Part shown: piece by piece, positions 42,001 to 49,891 of the stretch | How positions within the stretch are numbered: position 1 is the stretch's first letter | Layout of the letters: every line of letters starts with the position of its first letter | From: Chloroflexota bacterium | GTDB taxonomy: Bacteria; Chloroflexota; UBA11872; VXOZ01 | Direction: 5' to 3' | DNA: 64,000 nucleotides | NCBI GenBank assembly: GCA_963663275.1 | Contig: OY760183.1 | Coordinates: 1,152,001 to 1,216,000, forward strand | Translations under genes and position numbers: made by a program | Notes under the pieces: model-generated | What the model saw: the letters and a program-made list of their open reading frames with translations, nothing else | The model's database searches: none | What the model was told of the DNA's origin: nothing

Positions 42001-42423
42001 GGCGTGGAGCGGATGGCGGAGGAACAGCTTGACGATGACCTTCCTGGCGCGAAGCTGGGCCGCCAGCCGCTGCAAGGTCCGTTCGTCTTCATTGGTCGGC
42101 GCGCCGATAGTGAGTTGGCGGCGCAGTTCCTCTGCCAACTGCATCCGCAAGCGGTGCGCGGCTTGGTTGTCCATGCCCTTAGGCGCGCCGCTCAGGCTCA
42201 GCGCCAGCCTGAGTTCCTCGTCAGGCGGGCGCTGCATGCCGATGAGCACGCGGCAGGGGCCGCTCTTCTCGTCCCAGCGGTCCACGTACGGCGCCAAGCC
42301 GCCCCAGCCCCTCAGGTTGAAGTAGCCGACGCAGAAATCCGCCCGGAAAGACAGGGCGAGGGCTTCCTGCAAGGCGGGCAGCAGCTTGGCGCCGGCTTCT
42401 AGATTGTCGAAGATGCGCGGCAT
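39031..42423 (-). CDS. PLD-nuclease / SNF2-family helicase fusion
   Basis: VGYF, HAKLYL...GSSNLT (PLD HxK), DVVGLGKT, DESH, SAT, SEGQNLQ, QRAGRVDR. Confidence 0.9.
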   Translation of the reverse strand: MPRIFDNLEAGAKLLPALQEALALSFRADFCVGYFNLRGWGGLAPYVDRWDEKSGPCRVLIGMQRPPDEELRLALSLSGAPKGMDNQAAHRLRMQLAEELRRQLTIGAPTNEDERTLQRLAAQLRARKVIVKLFLRHPLHAKLYLLHRDDPVNPIIGFLGSSNLTLAGLAGQGELNVDVLDQDATVKLKQWFEDRWNDRFCVDITGELLQIIEDSWAREALILPYHIYLKMAYHLSHEARAGLAEFNIPKVFGNRLFDFQAAAVKIAAHHLNKRNGVLIGDVVGLGKTLMATAVARIFEDDYDLETLIICPKNLAPMWQEYAHRYGLRAKTLSLSSVQSVLPNERRYRLVIIDESHNLRNREGRRYRAIQEYVRANDSKCILLSATPYNKSYKDLSNQLRLFVKDDASLGIRPERYLRQVGTIEFNRLHQAQPDSLAAFDNSEHPDDWRDLMRLYLVRRTRSFIQDNYAATDKATGRSFLTYEDGSRSFFPARVPKTVAFTIDESDPNDQFARLYSQEVVATVNELHLPRYGLGNYLKANPEVPPSTEESGQLDDLSRAGKRLMGFCRTNLFKRLESSGAAFMQSVERHALRNYVFLHAIEHGLPLPVGSQDAALLDLRLTDADEGTESLFAADDGEREDMEIQETAGAWTAAGLAERAAEVYAAYRQQYQTRFKWLRSDLFLDSLERDLRSDADALVDILHANGEWDPARDAKLDALHTLLTETLADRKVLVFSQFADTVLYLESKLSARGIGAMASATGSAQDPTQLAWRFSPVSNDKRQAVAEADELRVLIATDVLSEGQNLQDCSVVVNYDLPWAIIRLIQRAGRVDRIGQRAEDILCYSFLPAEGVERIIDLRSRVRARLKENAEVVGADEAFFEDEADDDAVLNLYHERAGILDGEPDGEVDLASHAYQIWKNAINADPRLEKAVKDLPDVVFSSRRHTPIAQRPEGVLVFTRTADGNDALAYVDRGGESITESQLAILAAAECRADTPAQPHHPDHHRLVAEGIAHAVREEKRVGGQLGRPSGARFRAYTRLRAYAGSIRGQLFDVDALHKAIDDIYHDPLRPSAVDTLNRQLRSGVDDAQLAEIVIGLHEADRLCLTRDENDDESQEPQIICSLGLFAGDEA

Positions 42424-42520
42424 TTGGGCTTCACCTTTGCCTCTTCCCGGCGCGCGTTCCTATGGCAAACGCCGCCCGTACACTCCTGACCGGACGTGCG
42501 CGCCGCCGCCGTCATCGGAT

Positions 42521-42976
42521 TCACACCGTGTTCTCCTCTTCCAGGAGGTCGCGCAACACGACGACGGGCAAGCGTGGCACGCGGCGAAAGTCCGAGTCGT
42601 TGGTGAGGAAGAGCGCGCAACCGGCGTCAAGCGCGGTTGCGGCGTGGAGGGCGTCGGGTGTTTGCAACCCGGTATCGGCCCGCAGACGGGCAGCGTCTTC
42701 AAAGACCGCATATGGGGCGTCCAACAGCACTACCGCCTTTGACCCAAAAAGCTCGCGGTACTGCGCTTCAATGTCCGTGTTGCCATCCTGTAGTGGCTTT
42801 ACAAGCGTTTCAACGACAATAATGGGGCTGCTCACGATGATGAGATTCCCATCCTGCGCGTGCCGCCACAATGGTTCCAGTAGCGTGCGGTATGGCTCTA
42901 TGCGCTCCACGCTATAGATGAGGACGCTGGCATCGAGATATATCAGGCCGCTATCGGGAAGAGTTAGCGGTCCCAC
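42521..42976 (-). CDS. VapC-like PIN toxin
   Basis: IYLDASVLIY, ETLV, TPDALHAATA, FLTND. Confidence 0.88.
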   Translation of the reverse strand: MGPLTLPDSGLIYLDASVLIYSVERIEPYRTLLEPLWRHAQDGNLIIVSSPIIVVETLVKPLQDGNTDIEAQYRELFGSKAVVLLDAPYAVFEDAARLRADTGLQTPDALHAATALDAGCALFLTNDSDFRRVPRLPVVVLRDLLEEENTV

Positions 42977-43197
42977 GACGCCTTCTCTTGTGCCAAGTAC
43001 GCTCTCACCTCTGCCGCCGTTTGGAACAGCCGGCGCTCCGGCCCGCTGTTCAGTATCTCGATTGCGGAGCGGCCCCGCTTAGCGGATTCGTGCCGCACGA
43101 TCACGTCCACCGTCTGCCCCGGTTCCAACTCCGGGCAGACTATTTCCACCTTGCCGCCCGGCAAGACTGTAGTCTTCCGCTGGATTGTCTCTTGCAT
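42964..43197 (-). CDS. Putative antitoxin of the adjacent PIN toxin
   Basis: GGGAGG RBS, VLPGGKVEI...GQTVDVIV, ends EKASWDR overlapping toxin start. Confidence 0.65.
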   Translation of the reverse strand: MQETIQRKTTVLPGGKVEIVCPELEPGQTVDVIVRHESAKRGRSAIEILNSGPERRLFQTAAEVRAYLAQEKASWDR

Positions 43198-43359
43198 TGT
43201 GGTCCTCCCTGCTTGCGGCGCTTCCCCTTCGTCGAAGTGGCACAGCACCGCATCCCGCAGCATATCCTTGAGTTGCTCCCAGTTGTCGGCTTGGGTGAAG
43301 ATGCCGTAGCCGCCGTCGCGAGATTTCCGCACTTGAAAGGTTATTTCAGCGTCTGTCAT
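43198..43359 (-). pseudogene. HicB-like fragment in frame with the antitoxin
   Basis: EITFQV..DGGY-GIFTQADNWEQLKDMLRDAVLCHFDEG; appears internally deleted and truncated. Confidence 0.5.
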
Positions 43360-43488
43360 CGCCTGTCTCCTCATCAGTGTCAGTATACTACGCTTGTACG
43401 ACTCCCCTAGCATCGCTGCCGCGTTTGGTTCTTTCTGAGGCTGGCTCGCGTGTGCGGCACGCGGCCGCGCGACGCCTTGCGCGGAATG

Positions 43489-43869
43489 CTACCGCTGCCC
43501 CAACTGCGCCTTGAATTGGGCCGTATCCCAGTATTCGCGCCATTCAGTGATTTTGCCGTTGTGGCAGGTGATGAAGACGCTGGCGGGGAGGCGGGCGGGG
43601 TTGCCGGTGGCGCGGTGACGGCAGGAGAACTCCCACTCGCAGGCGGCGCTTTCGCCTTGGGCCACCACGGCGCGCAGCGTGAGGCGGATTTGAGCGAAGG
43701 CGCTGAAGAAGGCCGTGAGCGACTGGCGAATGGCGGGCAGGCCGCTAAGCGTCTGCCCGGAGGCGCCGGTGAGCATGGCGTCCGGCGCGAAATCGCGCAG
43801 AATGGCTTCGATGTCCCCGGCGTTCCAGGCGGCGGTCTGGCGCTCCAGAATGTGCGCGGGCGTTGGCAT
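43489..43869 (-). CDS. SnoaL/NTF2-like protein
   Basis: AWNAGD, FAPDA, GKITEWREYWD. Confidence 0.85.
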   Translation of the reverse strand: MPTPAHILERQTAAWNAGDIEAILRDFAPDAMLTGASGQTLSGLPAIRQSLTAFFSAFAQIRLTLRAVVAQGESAACEWEFSCRHRATGNPARLPASVFITCHNGKITEWREYWDTAQFKAQLGQR

Positions 43870-43896
43870 GGATTGACTACTCCTGTCAGCCCCAAA

Positions 43897-44985
43897 TTAC
43901 GCCGGTACGGCGCCGCGCGCCAGGTAGAGCAGCGCCAGCACGGCAATGCCCCAGAGCGCCACGCTGGCCAGCAGCCACGGATCGCGGAAGAGCAGGGTTT
44001 CGGGGGCGTCGCTGCCGCCGGGATTGCGCGCGGCGCGGAGGTAGCGCAGCAGGCCGAAAGCAACGAACGGCGTGGTGACGATGAGCCGCGGGTCGCCGAA
44101 CGTGGCGGGTGCGAAAAGCGTGTAGAGCACGTAGGCAACGGCGGTGGTGGCCGCCACCAGCCGCAGCCAGCGGTCCAGCGAGGCGGTGGTGTACCGCGCC
44201 AGGTTGCGGCGGTGGGCGGCGGCGCCGGTGCCCAGCAACGCCAACTCGCCCCGGCGCTTGCCCAGGATGATCAGCAGGGAGAGCAACAGCGTGCAGATGT
44301 AGAGCCAGGGCGAGATGGGCGTGAGCACGGCGGCGGTGCCGGCGGCGGCGCGCAGCACGAAGCCGAGGGCGATCAGCGCCGCGTCCAAGAGCGCCACGTG
44401 CTTCAGCCAGGCGCTGTAGGCCAGGTTCATGGCTACGTAGAGGGCGAGGATCGCGCCCAGGACGACCTGAAGCAGGAACGCGCCCGCCAGCGCGCCGCCC
44501 AGCAAGACGACGGCGGCGCAAAGCGCGGCCGGCAGCGGCAACGCTCCCGCCGCCAAGGGACGCTTGCGCTTGAGCGGGTGCGCGCGGTCGGCCTCTACGT
44601 CCAGGATGTCGTTGACCAGATAGATGCCGCCGCTGGCCAGGACGAAAAGGCCGAACGTGAGTACGCTGGCAAGCACGGCGTCACGGTCCGTGAGTTGCTG
44701 GGAGAAGATGACACCGGCGAAGACGAGCACGTTCTTCACCCACTGCTGCGGACGGGTGGAGCGCAGCAGCGCGATGGCGATGGCTAGCGGGGAGCGTTGG
44801 GCCGCGCTTGGCGGCGCGCCGGTCGTCCCGGTCGAGGAGTGCGGCGGCTGCCCCTCACCCCGGCCCTCTCCCCAGGGAGAGGGAGTCTTCGCGCCTGGCG
44901 GCGCGGGATGTGTGGCGGACCGGTAGCCTGCGCCTTTGGCAGGCTTGGAGCGGCTGCTGCCGGTCGTGGAGGAGTTGACGTTCAC
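43897..44985 (-). CDS. UbiA-family prenyltransferase (decaprenyl-phosphate phosphoribosyltransferase-like), REP-derived N-terminal extension
   Basis: RPQQWVKN, YLVNDILDVEADRAHPLKRKRPLAAG, GFVLR, GKRR.EL. Confidence 0.88.
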   Translation of the reverse strand: MNVNSSTTGSSRSKPAKGAGYRSATHPAPPGAKTPSPWGEGRGEGQPPHSSTGTTGAPPSAAQRSPLAIAIALLRSTRPQQWVKNVLVFAGVIFSQQLTDRDAVLASVLTFGLFVLASGGIYLVNDILDVEADRAHPLKRKRPLAAGALPLPAALCAAVVLLGGALAGAFLLQVVLGAILALYVAMNLAYSAWLKHVALLDAALIALGFVLRAAAGTAAVLTPISPWLYICTLLLSLLIILGKRRGELALLGTGAAAHRRNLARYTTASLDRWLRLVAATTAVAYVLYTLFAPATFGDPRLIVTTPFVAFGLLRYLRAARNPGGSDAPETLLFRDPWLLASVALWGIAVLALLYLARGAVPA

Positions 44986-46673
44986 GGCTGCCCCTCACCC
45001 CGGCCCTCTCCCCAGGGAGAGGGAGTTTCTTCCCAGGGAGAGGGAGCTTTCGCGCCTGGCGGGGTGGGATGGGGGTTGGGCAGGTCTTCCGCGCGGACGC
45101 CGCGATCCGCAAGAGGGGATTCAGCGGGGACCGTTTCCAGGCGCAGGTGGATGACCTGGCGGGTGTGGGCCGTTACCCGATAGCGGTTGTCAATGCGGTG
45201 GCCTCCCACCCAGACGATAGCGTCCCGCTCATTGACAACCAGCGGCACGCGGTCTCGGCGGCGCGCGGGCACACGGGCATCCACCAGAAAGTCTTGCAGT
45301 TTCTTGGCGCCGGTCATGCCCAGCGGCGTGAAGCGGTCGCCCGGCCGGCGCGCCCGCGCGCGCAGCGGCCCGTCCACACGGGTGGCGTCCAGCCAGGCGT
45401 TCTCGCCGGCGCCGGCGTGGAAATCGGCCTGTTCCGGCGCAACCACTGCGGCGTCGATGCGGCATCCCAGCGGCGCGATCTCTGTGGCGCCGGGAATGCG
45501 CAGCGGAATGGGCGCGAACGGCTCGTACGCCGGCGCATAGCCAATCCAGACGCCGTCCTGTTCGATACGGCAGAGCAGGCCGCCGGGGAGTTTCGCCGCC
45601 GCGCCGGCGCCACCGTCGCGGAGCGTTGCCCGCGCCTGCGCCAGGTGCGCGTATTCCAGCCCCTGCGTGTGCCCGCTAACGCGGGACGCTGCGCGGCGCA
45701 GCGCCGCCGTTTGCAGGGCCGGTGGCAATGCCCGCCAGGCGGCGCGATCGAGCAACACGCCGCCGTCGCAACTTTGGGCGTGGCGATGCAGCCAATCGTC
45801 CGCCGCGCCGATCAGGTAGGCGTAGTCTTCCGCCAGCAGGCGGGCGGCGCGGGCCAGCGTGCGCGCCGCGGCGGGATAGCGCGTTTCCAGCAGCGGCAGC
45901 GCCGTATGGCGCAGCCAGTTTCGCTGCGGCGCGGTGTCCGCGTTGCTGCTGTCTTCCCGATACGTCAGGCCCCGGCGGGCGCAGTACGCGCGCAGGTCGG
46001 CGCGCGAGACGTCCAGCAGCGGCCGCGCCAGGGTGATGGGGGCTTGCGGCTGGCCGTTCTCATGCATTGCCGTAGAGCGCAGAGGCGGTGCCGTTTCAGC
46101 GAGAGGCAGCGCTGTTTCAGCGAGCGGCGGCAGCGGACTGGCGTAGCGCATTCCGGCAAGCCCGCCGAGGCCGCTGCCGCGCAAGAGGTGCAGCAGCACG
46201 GTCTCGGCCTGGTCGTCCTGATGGTGCGCCAGCGCGATATTGCGCGCGCCTACGTCCCGGGCGATGGCGGCCAGCGCCGCGTAGCGCAATTGCCGCGCCG
46301 TGTTCTCCGGTGAGGCGTGCGTCTGCTGCGCGCGGGCGACGTCGATCGTTTGAATGGCGCACGGCAAACCGGCGCGCTCAGCCAACTGCGCCACGAACGC
46401 GGCGTCCGCGTCGGACTCCGCGCCGCGCAACTGGTGGTTGACGTGGGCGATGTGCAGACGCCAGCGTCTGGCCGGCGCGAGTTGCCGCAGGATGTCCAAC
46501 AAGGCCACGGAGTCGGCTCCGCCGGACACGGCTACCACGACTGCGCCGCCGGCCGGCAGCAATGCGTGGGCGGCAATGGCCGCCGCCGCGGCATCCAGCA
46601 GCGGCTCGGTCGGCGGCTCTTGCTCATGGGCCGCGTCCAAGGCGGCATCTGTCGAATCCTCTACACTCTCCAT
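44982..46673 (-). CDS. tilS: tRNA(Ile)-lysidine synthetase, REP-derived C-terminal extension
   Basis: AVSGGADS, HVNHQLR, ARQLRY, AHHQDDQAET, RPLL, DSSN, RN, KKLQDF. Confidence 0.95.
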   Translation of the reverse strand: MESVEDSTDAALDAAHEQEPPTEPLLDAAAAAIAAHALLPAGGAVVVAVSGGADSVALLDILRQLAPARRWRLHIAHVNHQLRGAESDADAAFVAQLAERAGLPCAIQTIDVARAQQTHASPENTARQLRYAALAAIARDVGARNIALAHHQDDQAETVLLHLLRGSGLGGLAGMRYASPLPPLAETALPLAETAPPLRSTAMHENGQPQAPITLARPLLDVSRADLRAYCARRGLTYREDSSNADTAPQRNWLRHTALPLLETRYPAAARTLARAARLLAEDYAYLIGAADDWLHRHAQSCDGGVLLDRAAWRALPPALQTAALRRAASRVSGHTQGLEYAHLAQARATLRDGGAGAAAKLPGGLLCRIEQDGVWIGYAPAYEPFAPIPLRIPGATEIAPLGCRIDAAVVAPEQADFHAGAGENAWLDATRVDGPLRARARRPGDRFTPLGMTGAKKLQDFLVDARVPARRRDRVPLVVNERDAIVWVGGHRIDNRYRVTAHTRQVIHLRLETVPAESPLADRGVRAEDLPNPHPTPPGAKAPSPWEETPSPWGEGRGEGQP

Positions 46674-46732
46674 ACCGTCATGGTACCCCAGCCGCGCCCG
46701 CCGTTCACTTCACGCCGCGCTGGGCAGCCGCT

Positions 46733-46831
46733 TCACGCCCGCATGGCGCGGTTGATGGCGTTAAGTTTGTCCGGCCGGTTCAGCGTGACCTGCGCGACTT
46801 TATCGGTAACGGTGTAATCGATGAACGACAT
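46733..46831 (-). pseudogene. Enoyl-CoA hydratase N-terminal remnant
   Basis: AAGGA RBS then MSFIDYTVTDKVAQVTLNRPDKLNAINRAMRA-stop; rest absent. Confidence 0.65.
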
Positions 46832-46961
46832 AGTTATTCCTTTCATATTTGCGAGACGCGGACCCGGCGTAAGGCGTACCTGCCCGCGCGATTACATACG
46901 ATAGCAACTTCGCTCTCATGGATGATTGCGGCGTGCACAAACAGCTTGCCGCAGCGCGGCT

Positions 46962-47258
46962 TCATGCGTGCTCCGATGCTACCAGCGGCTCGATGCCGCT
47001 GACGTCGGCTGCGGCGCGCGCCACGTCCAAGTCGTACATCCGCTGGAGATTCAGCCAGAAGTCCGGCGTCATGTCGAGGGCCTTGCCGATACGCAAGGCG
47101 GTATCGGCCGTAATTGCGCGGCGGCCGCGCACGATCTGATTGATGCGTATCGGCGCTACGCCGATCGCCTTGGCCAGGCGGTACTGGCTGATGCCGAGTT
47201 CATCGAGAATCTCGGCGAGATGTTCGCCGGGATGGATGGGAGCGGCGGTTGTGTCGAT
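46962..47258 (-). CDS. higA: HigA-type antitoxin with ATC in place of the start codon (non-canonical start or pseudogene)
   Basis: GAGGAG-8 nt-ATC; PIHPGEHLAE..ISQYRLAKAIGV..RINQIVRGRRAITADTALR..FWLNLQ; not in ORF track. Confidence 0.75.
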   Translation of the reverse strand: MDTTAAPIHPGEHLAEILDELGISQYRLAKAIGVAPIRINQIVRGRRAITADTALRIGKALDMTPDFWLNLQRMYDLDVARAAADVSGIEPLVASEHA

Positions 47259-47303
47259 TGGCTGTTCTCCTCATTGGCGGTTGGCAGTTCCACTATGGCG
47301 TCT

Positions 47304-49766
47304 TTAGTTCTGTAGCGGTTTGCCTGTCCTGAGGATGTGGTCGATGCGCGCTTGCGACTTCGGCTCCCCGCAAAGGCTGACGAATGCCGCGCGTTCCAGG
47401 TCGAGGAAATGCTCCTCAGGCGCCGGAGTGCCGACCGCAGCGTCACCACCGGTGAGGATGAAGGCGAGCTTTCGGGCGATTTTCAGGTCGTGGGCGCTGG
47501 CTTTGCCCGCTTGCGCCTGTTCCTCCACCGGCGCGAGCAGCGCGGCGCGGGCGCTGCTGCCGAGCACCGGCAGTTCGACCGGCTTGGCGCTGTCGGAAGC
47601 GCCCGCTTTGGATAGCGCGATGGCTTCCGCCTTGGCGCGGTAGAGCAGATGATCGGGGTTCGGTTCGATCACGTCGCTGGCGCGCAGATAGCCGATTTCC
47701 AGCGCGTCGGGCGCGTGCTGCGACACTCTTGCCTGGCGAATCGTCTCGAAAGCCCGCCGCACGGCGTGGGCGGTGTCTCGTTTCGTGCCGTCATTCCCGC
47801 GGGCAGCCAGGCCGTCATTCCCACGCAAAGCCTCTTCGTCATTCCCGCGCAGGCGGGAATCCATCTTCTCTTCACCATCGGCGGACACCATCCGCAGCAG
47901 CAGTTCCTTGCAGCCGCCGCCGGCGGGTACCAGGCCCACGGCGGTCTCCACCAGGCCCACGTAGCTTTCCCGCGCCGCCACCATCCGCCGCGCGGAAAGC
48001 CCCAGTTCCAGACCGCCGCCGAGCGCGCGCCCGTAGAGGGCGGTAACGAAAGGCACGGGCATGCGCTTGAGCGCCAATAGGGAGTACTGCAACTTGTGGA
48101 TGAAGGACTCGATGACGTCCCACTGTTGCGCCTGCGCGGCCTGGAGAATGACGGCCAGGTTCGCGCCCAGGCAGAAGTGGGGCTGCGCGTGGCTGCTGAG
48201 CGCGAGACCCCGGAAGGCGGGCGGCACGCGCTCGGCGGCGCTCTCCAGCATGTCGAGCACGTCGGAGTCAATAGTCTGCTTCGGCCCGTGCACGTCCAGG
48301 AAAGCAATGCCGTCGCCCAGGTCGCGGAGCGTCGCGCCGGCGTTGGCGGCCACCGGCGCGGCTTGCGCGCGCAGCCACGGCAAGGAGAGCGTCCGTTCGC
48401 TCCCCGGAACGGGCGTGTAGGCGGCTTGCGGCGTTGCCTGCTCCGCGCCGGTCCGGGTGTAGCGATAGAACGGCTCGTTCCGCTGGGCGAGCGCCGTAAC
48501 CCACGGCGGCGCCGCCAGACCGTCCCGCGCCATGCGGTCCGCCGTTTCCGCGATGCCCATCGCTTCCCACGTCTCGAACGGCCCCAGTTCCCAGGCGAAA
48601 CCCCAGCGCATGGCGTTGTCGATGCTGGCGATCTCGCCGGTCACCTCAGGGACTTTGCCCGCCGCAAAGGCGCAGAGCCGCGAGAGGATGCGCCAGGCGA
48701 GGCGGCCGGCAACGTCGTCGGCCTGCGCCAGGGTCGCGATGCGCGCGCCGCCATCTTCAATTGTGCGAATGGCGGCCAGCGAGGGCGCATCGAGCTTGCG
48801 CTGCGGGCGGTACTCCAGGGTTTCCGGGTCGAGGACGAGGATTTCCCGACGACCGTCAATCTGCGCACGCTTATAGAATCCCTGGCCGCTCTTCTCGCCC
48901 AGCCAGCCGCGCTCCACCATCGCGCGCACGAAATCGGGCACGGCGAACGCCGCCTGTTCCCAGGCTTCCGGCACGGTGGCTTGCAGCTTGTCGCAGATGT
49001 CAACGTAAACGTCGATGCCGATCAGGTCGAGAGTGCGGAAGGTGGCGCTGCGGGGACGGCCCAGCGGCGGACCGGTGACCGCGTCTACCTCGCCGGGGCC
49101 GAGGCCCATCTCACGCATGGCGCGCAGGGTATCCGCGAAAACGTAAAGCCCGATCCGGTTTCCCACAAACCCGGGCACGTCGTGGGCGAGCACGCAGCCT
49201 TTGCCCAGCGTCTCGCTGCCAAAGCGCCGCACGGCCGCGGTAATGGCGGGAGCGGTCTCCGCCGTGGGGATCAGTTCGAAGAGCCGCAGGTAGCGCGGTG
49301 GATTGAAGAAGTGCGCGCCCAGGAAACGCGGTCGCAGGTCCGCGGGCAGCGCGGCGGCGATTGAGTGAATCGGAATGCTGGAGGTGTTCGTGCTGGCAAT
49401 GGCGTCGTCCCGTACGTGCGGCGCGAGCGCCGACCAGAGGCGCCGCTTGACGTCCAGGTCTTCGAAGACCGCCTCAATGACCCAATCGCACTCGTTCAGG
49501 CGCGCGGCGTGGTCGTCCACGTTGCCGGGGCGGATGCGCTCCGCGTCGTCGCGGGCGAACAACGGTGAAGGCCGCATGGCGGCGAGTTTCTCCAGAGCCG
49601 CCTCGGCGCGTTGATTGCGTCCTTTTGCGTCTGGCAGGTCGAGCAACTCGCACACGATGCCAAATCCGGCCAGCAGCGCCGCGATCTGCGCGCCCATGGT
49701 GCCCGCGCCGATGACGGCGGCGCGGCGGACGGTCCAATCGCCTTTCGATGACTGCGGTCCGGCCAA
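47304..49766 (-). CDS. 3-hydroxyacyl-CoA dehydrogenase / enoyl-CoA hydratase (FadN-like)
   Basis: GAGTMG, IEAVFE, STNTSS, HFFNPP, PGFVGNR, FCLGANL, LGGGLE, GLVE..VG; TTG start after AAGGAG. Confidence 0.9.
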   Translation of the reverse strand: MAGPQSSKGDWTVRRAAVIGAGTMGAQIAALLAGFGIVCELLDLPDAKGRNQRAEAALEKLAAMRPSPLFARDDAERIRPGNVDDHAARLNECDWVIEAVFEDLDVKRRLWSALAPHVRDDAIASTNTSSIPIHSIAAALPADLRPRFLGAHFFNPPRYLRLFELIPTAETAPAITAAVRRFGSETLGKGCVLAHDVPGFVGNRIGLYVFADTLRAMREMGLGPGEVDAVTGPPLGRPRSATFRTLDLIGIDVYVDICDKLQATVPEAWEQAAFAVPDFVRAMVERGWLGEKSGQGFYKRAQIDGRREILVLDPETLEYRPQRKLDAPSLAAIRTIEDGGARIATLAQADDVAGRLAWRILSRLCAFAAGKVPEVTGEIASIDNAMRWGFAWELGPFETWEAMGIAETADRMARDGLAAPPWVTALAQRNEPFYRYTRTGAEQATPQAAYTPVPGSERTLSLPWLRAQAAPVAANAGATLRDLGDGIAFLDVHGPKQTIDSDVLDMLESAAERVPPAFRGLALSSHAQPHFCLGANLAVILQAAQAQQWDVIESFIHKLQYSLLALKRMPVPFVTALYGRALGGGLELGLSARRMVAARESYVGLVETAVGLVPAGGGCKELLLRMVSADGEEKMDSRLRGNDEEALRGNDGLAARGNDGTKRDTAHAVRRAFETIRQARVSQHAPDALEIGYLRASDVIEPNPDHLLYRAKAEAIALSKAGASDSAKPVELPVLGSSARAALLAPVEEQAQAGKASAHDLKIARKLAFILTGGDAAVGTPAPEEHFLDLERAAFVSLCGEPKSQARIDHILRTGKPLQN
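47790..47864. repeat. CGTC-type REP triplicated in frame in the FadN-like gene (MDSRLRGND...RGND...RGND)
   Basis: GTCATTCCCRCG three times, last copy complete GTCATTCCCGCGCAGGCGGGAATCCA. Confidence 0.85.
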
Positions 49767-49891
49767 TGCTGTCTCCTTACGTGTGCGGCGCATACGACGC
49801 GGACGGTCGCCGCGCGATGCCCGAGATGAAAGTCCTCTGCCGCGCCCAGAGGCGGGGGACAAGCCCCCGCGCTACGGTACTATGTTTGGGT

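Noticed and set aside
34598-42423. DISARM or BREX
   Set aside because: No DrmA/DrmB (DUF1998), PglZ, BrxC or BrxL genes in the window
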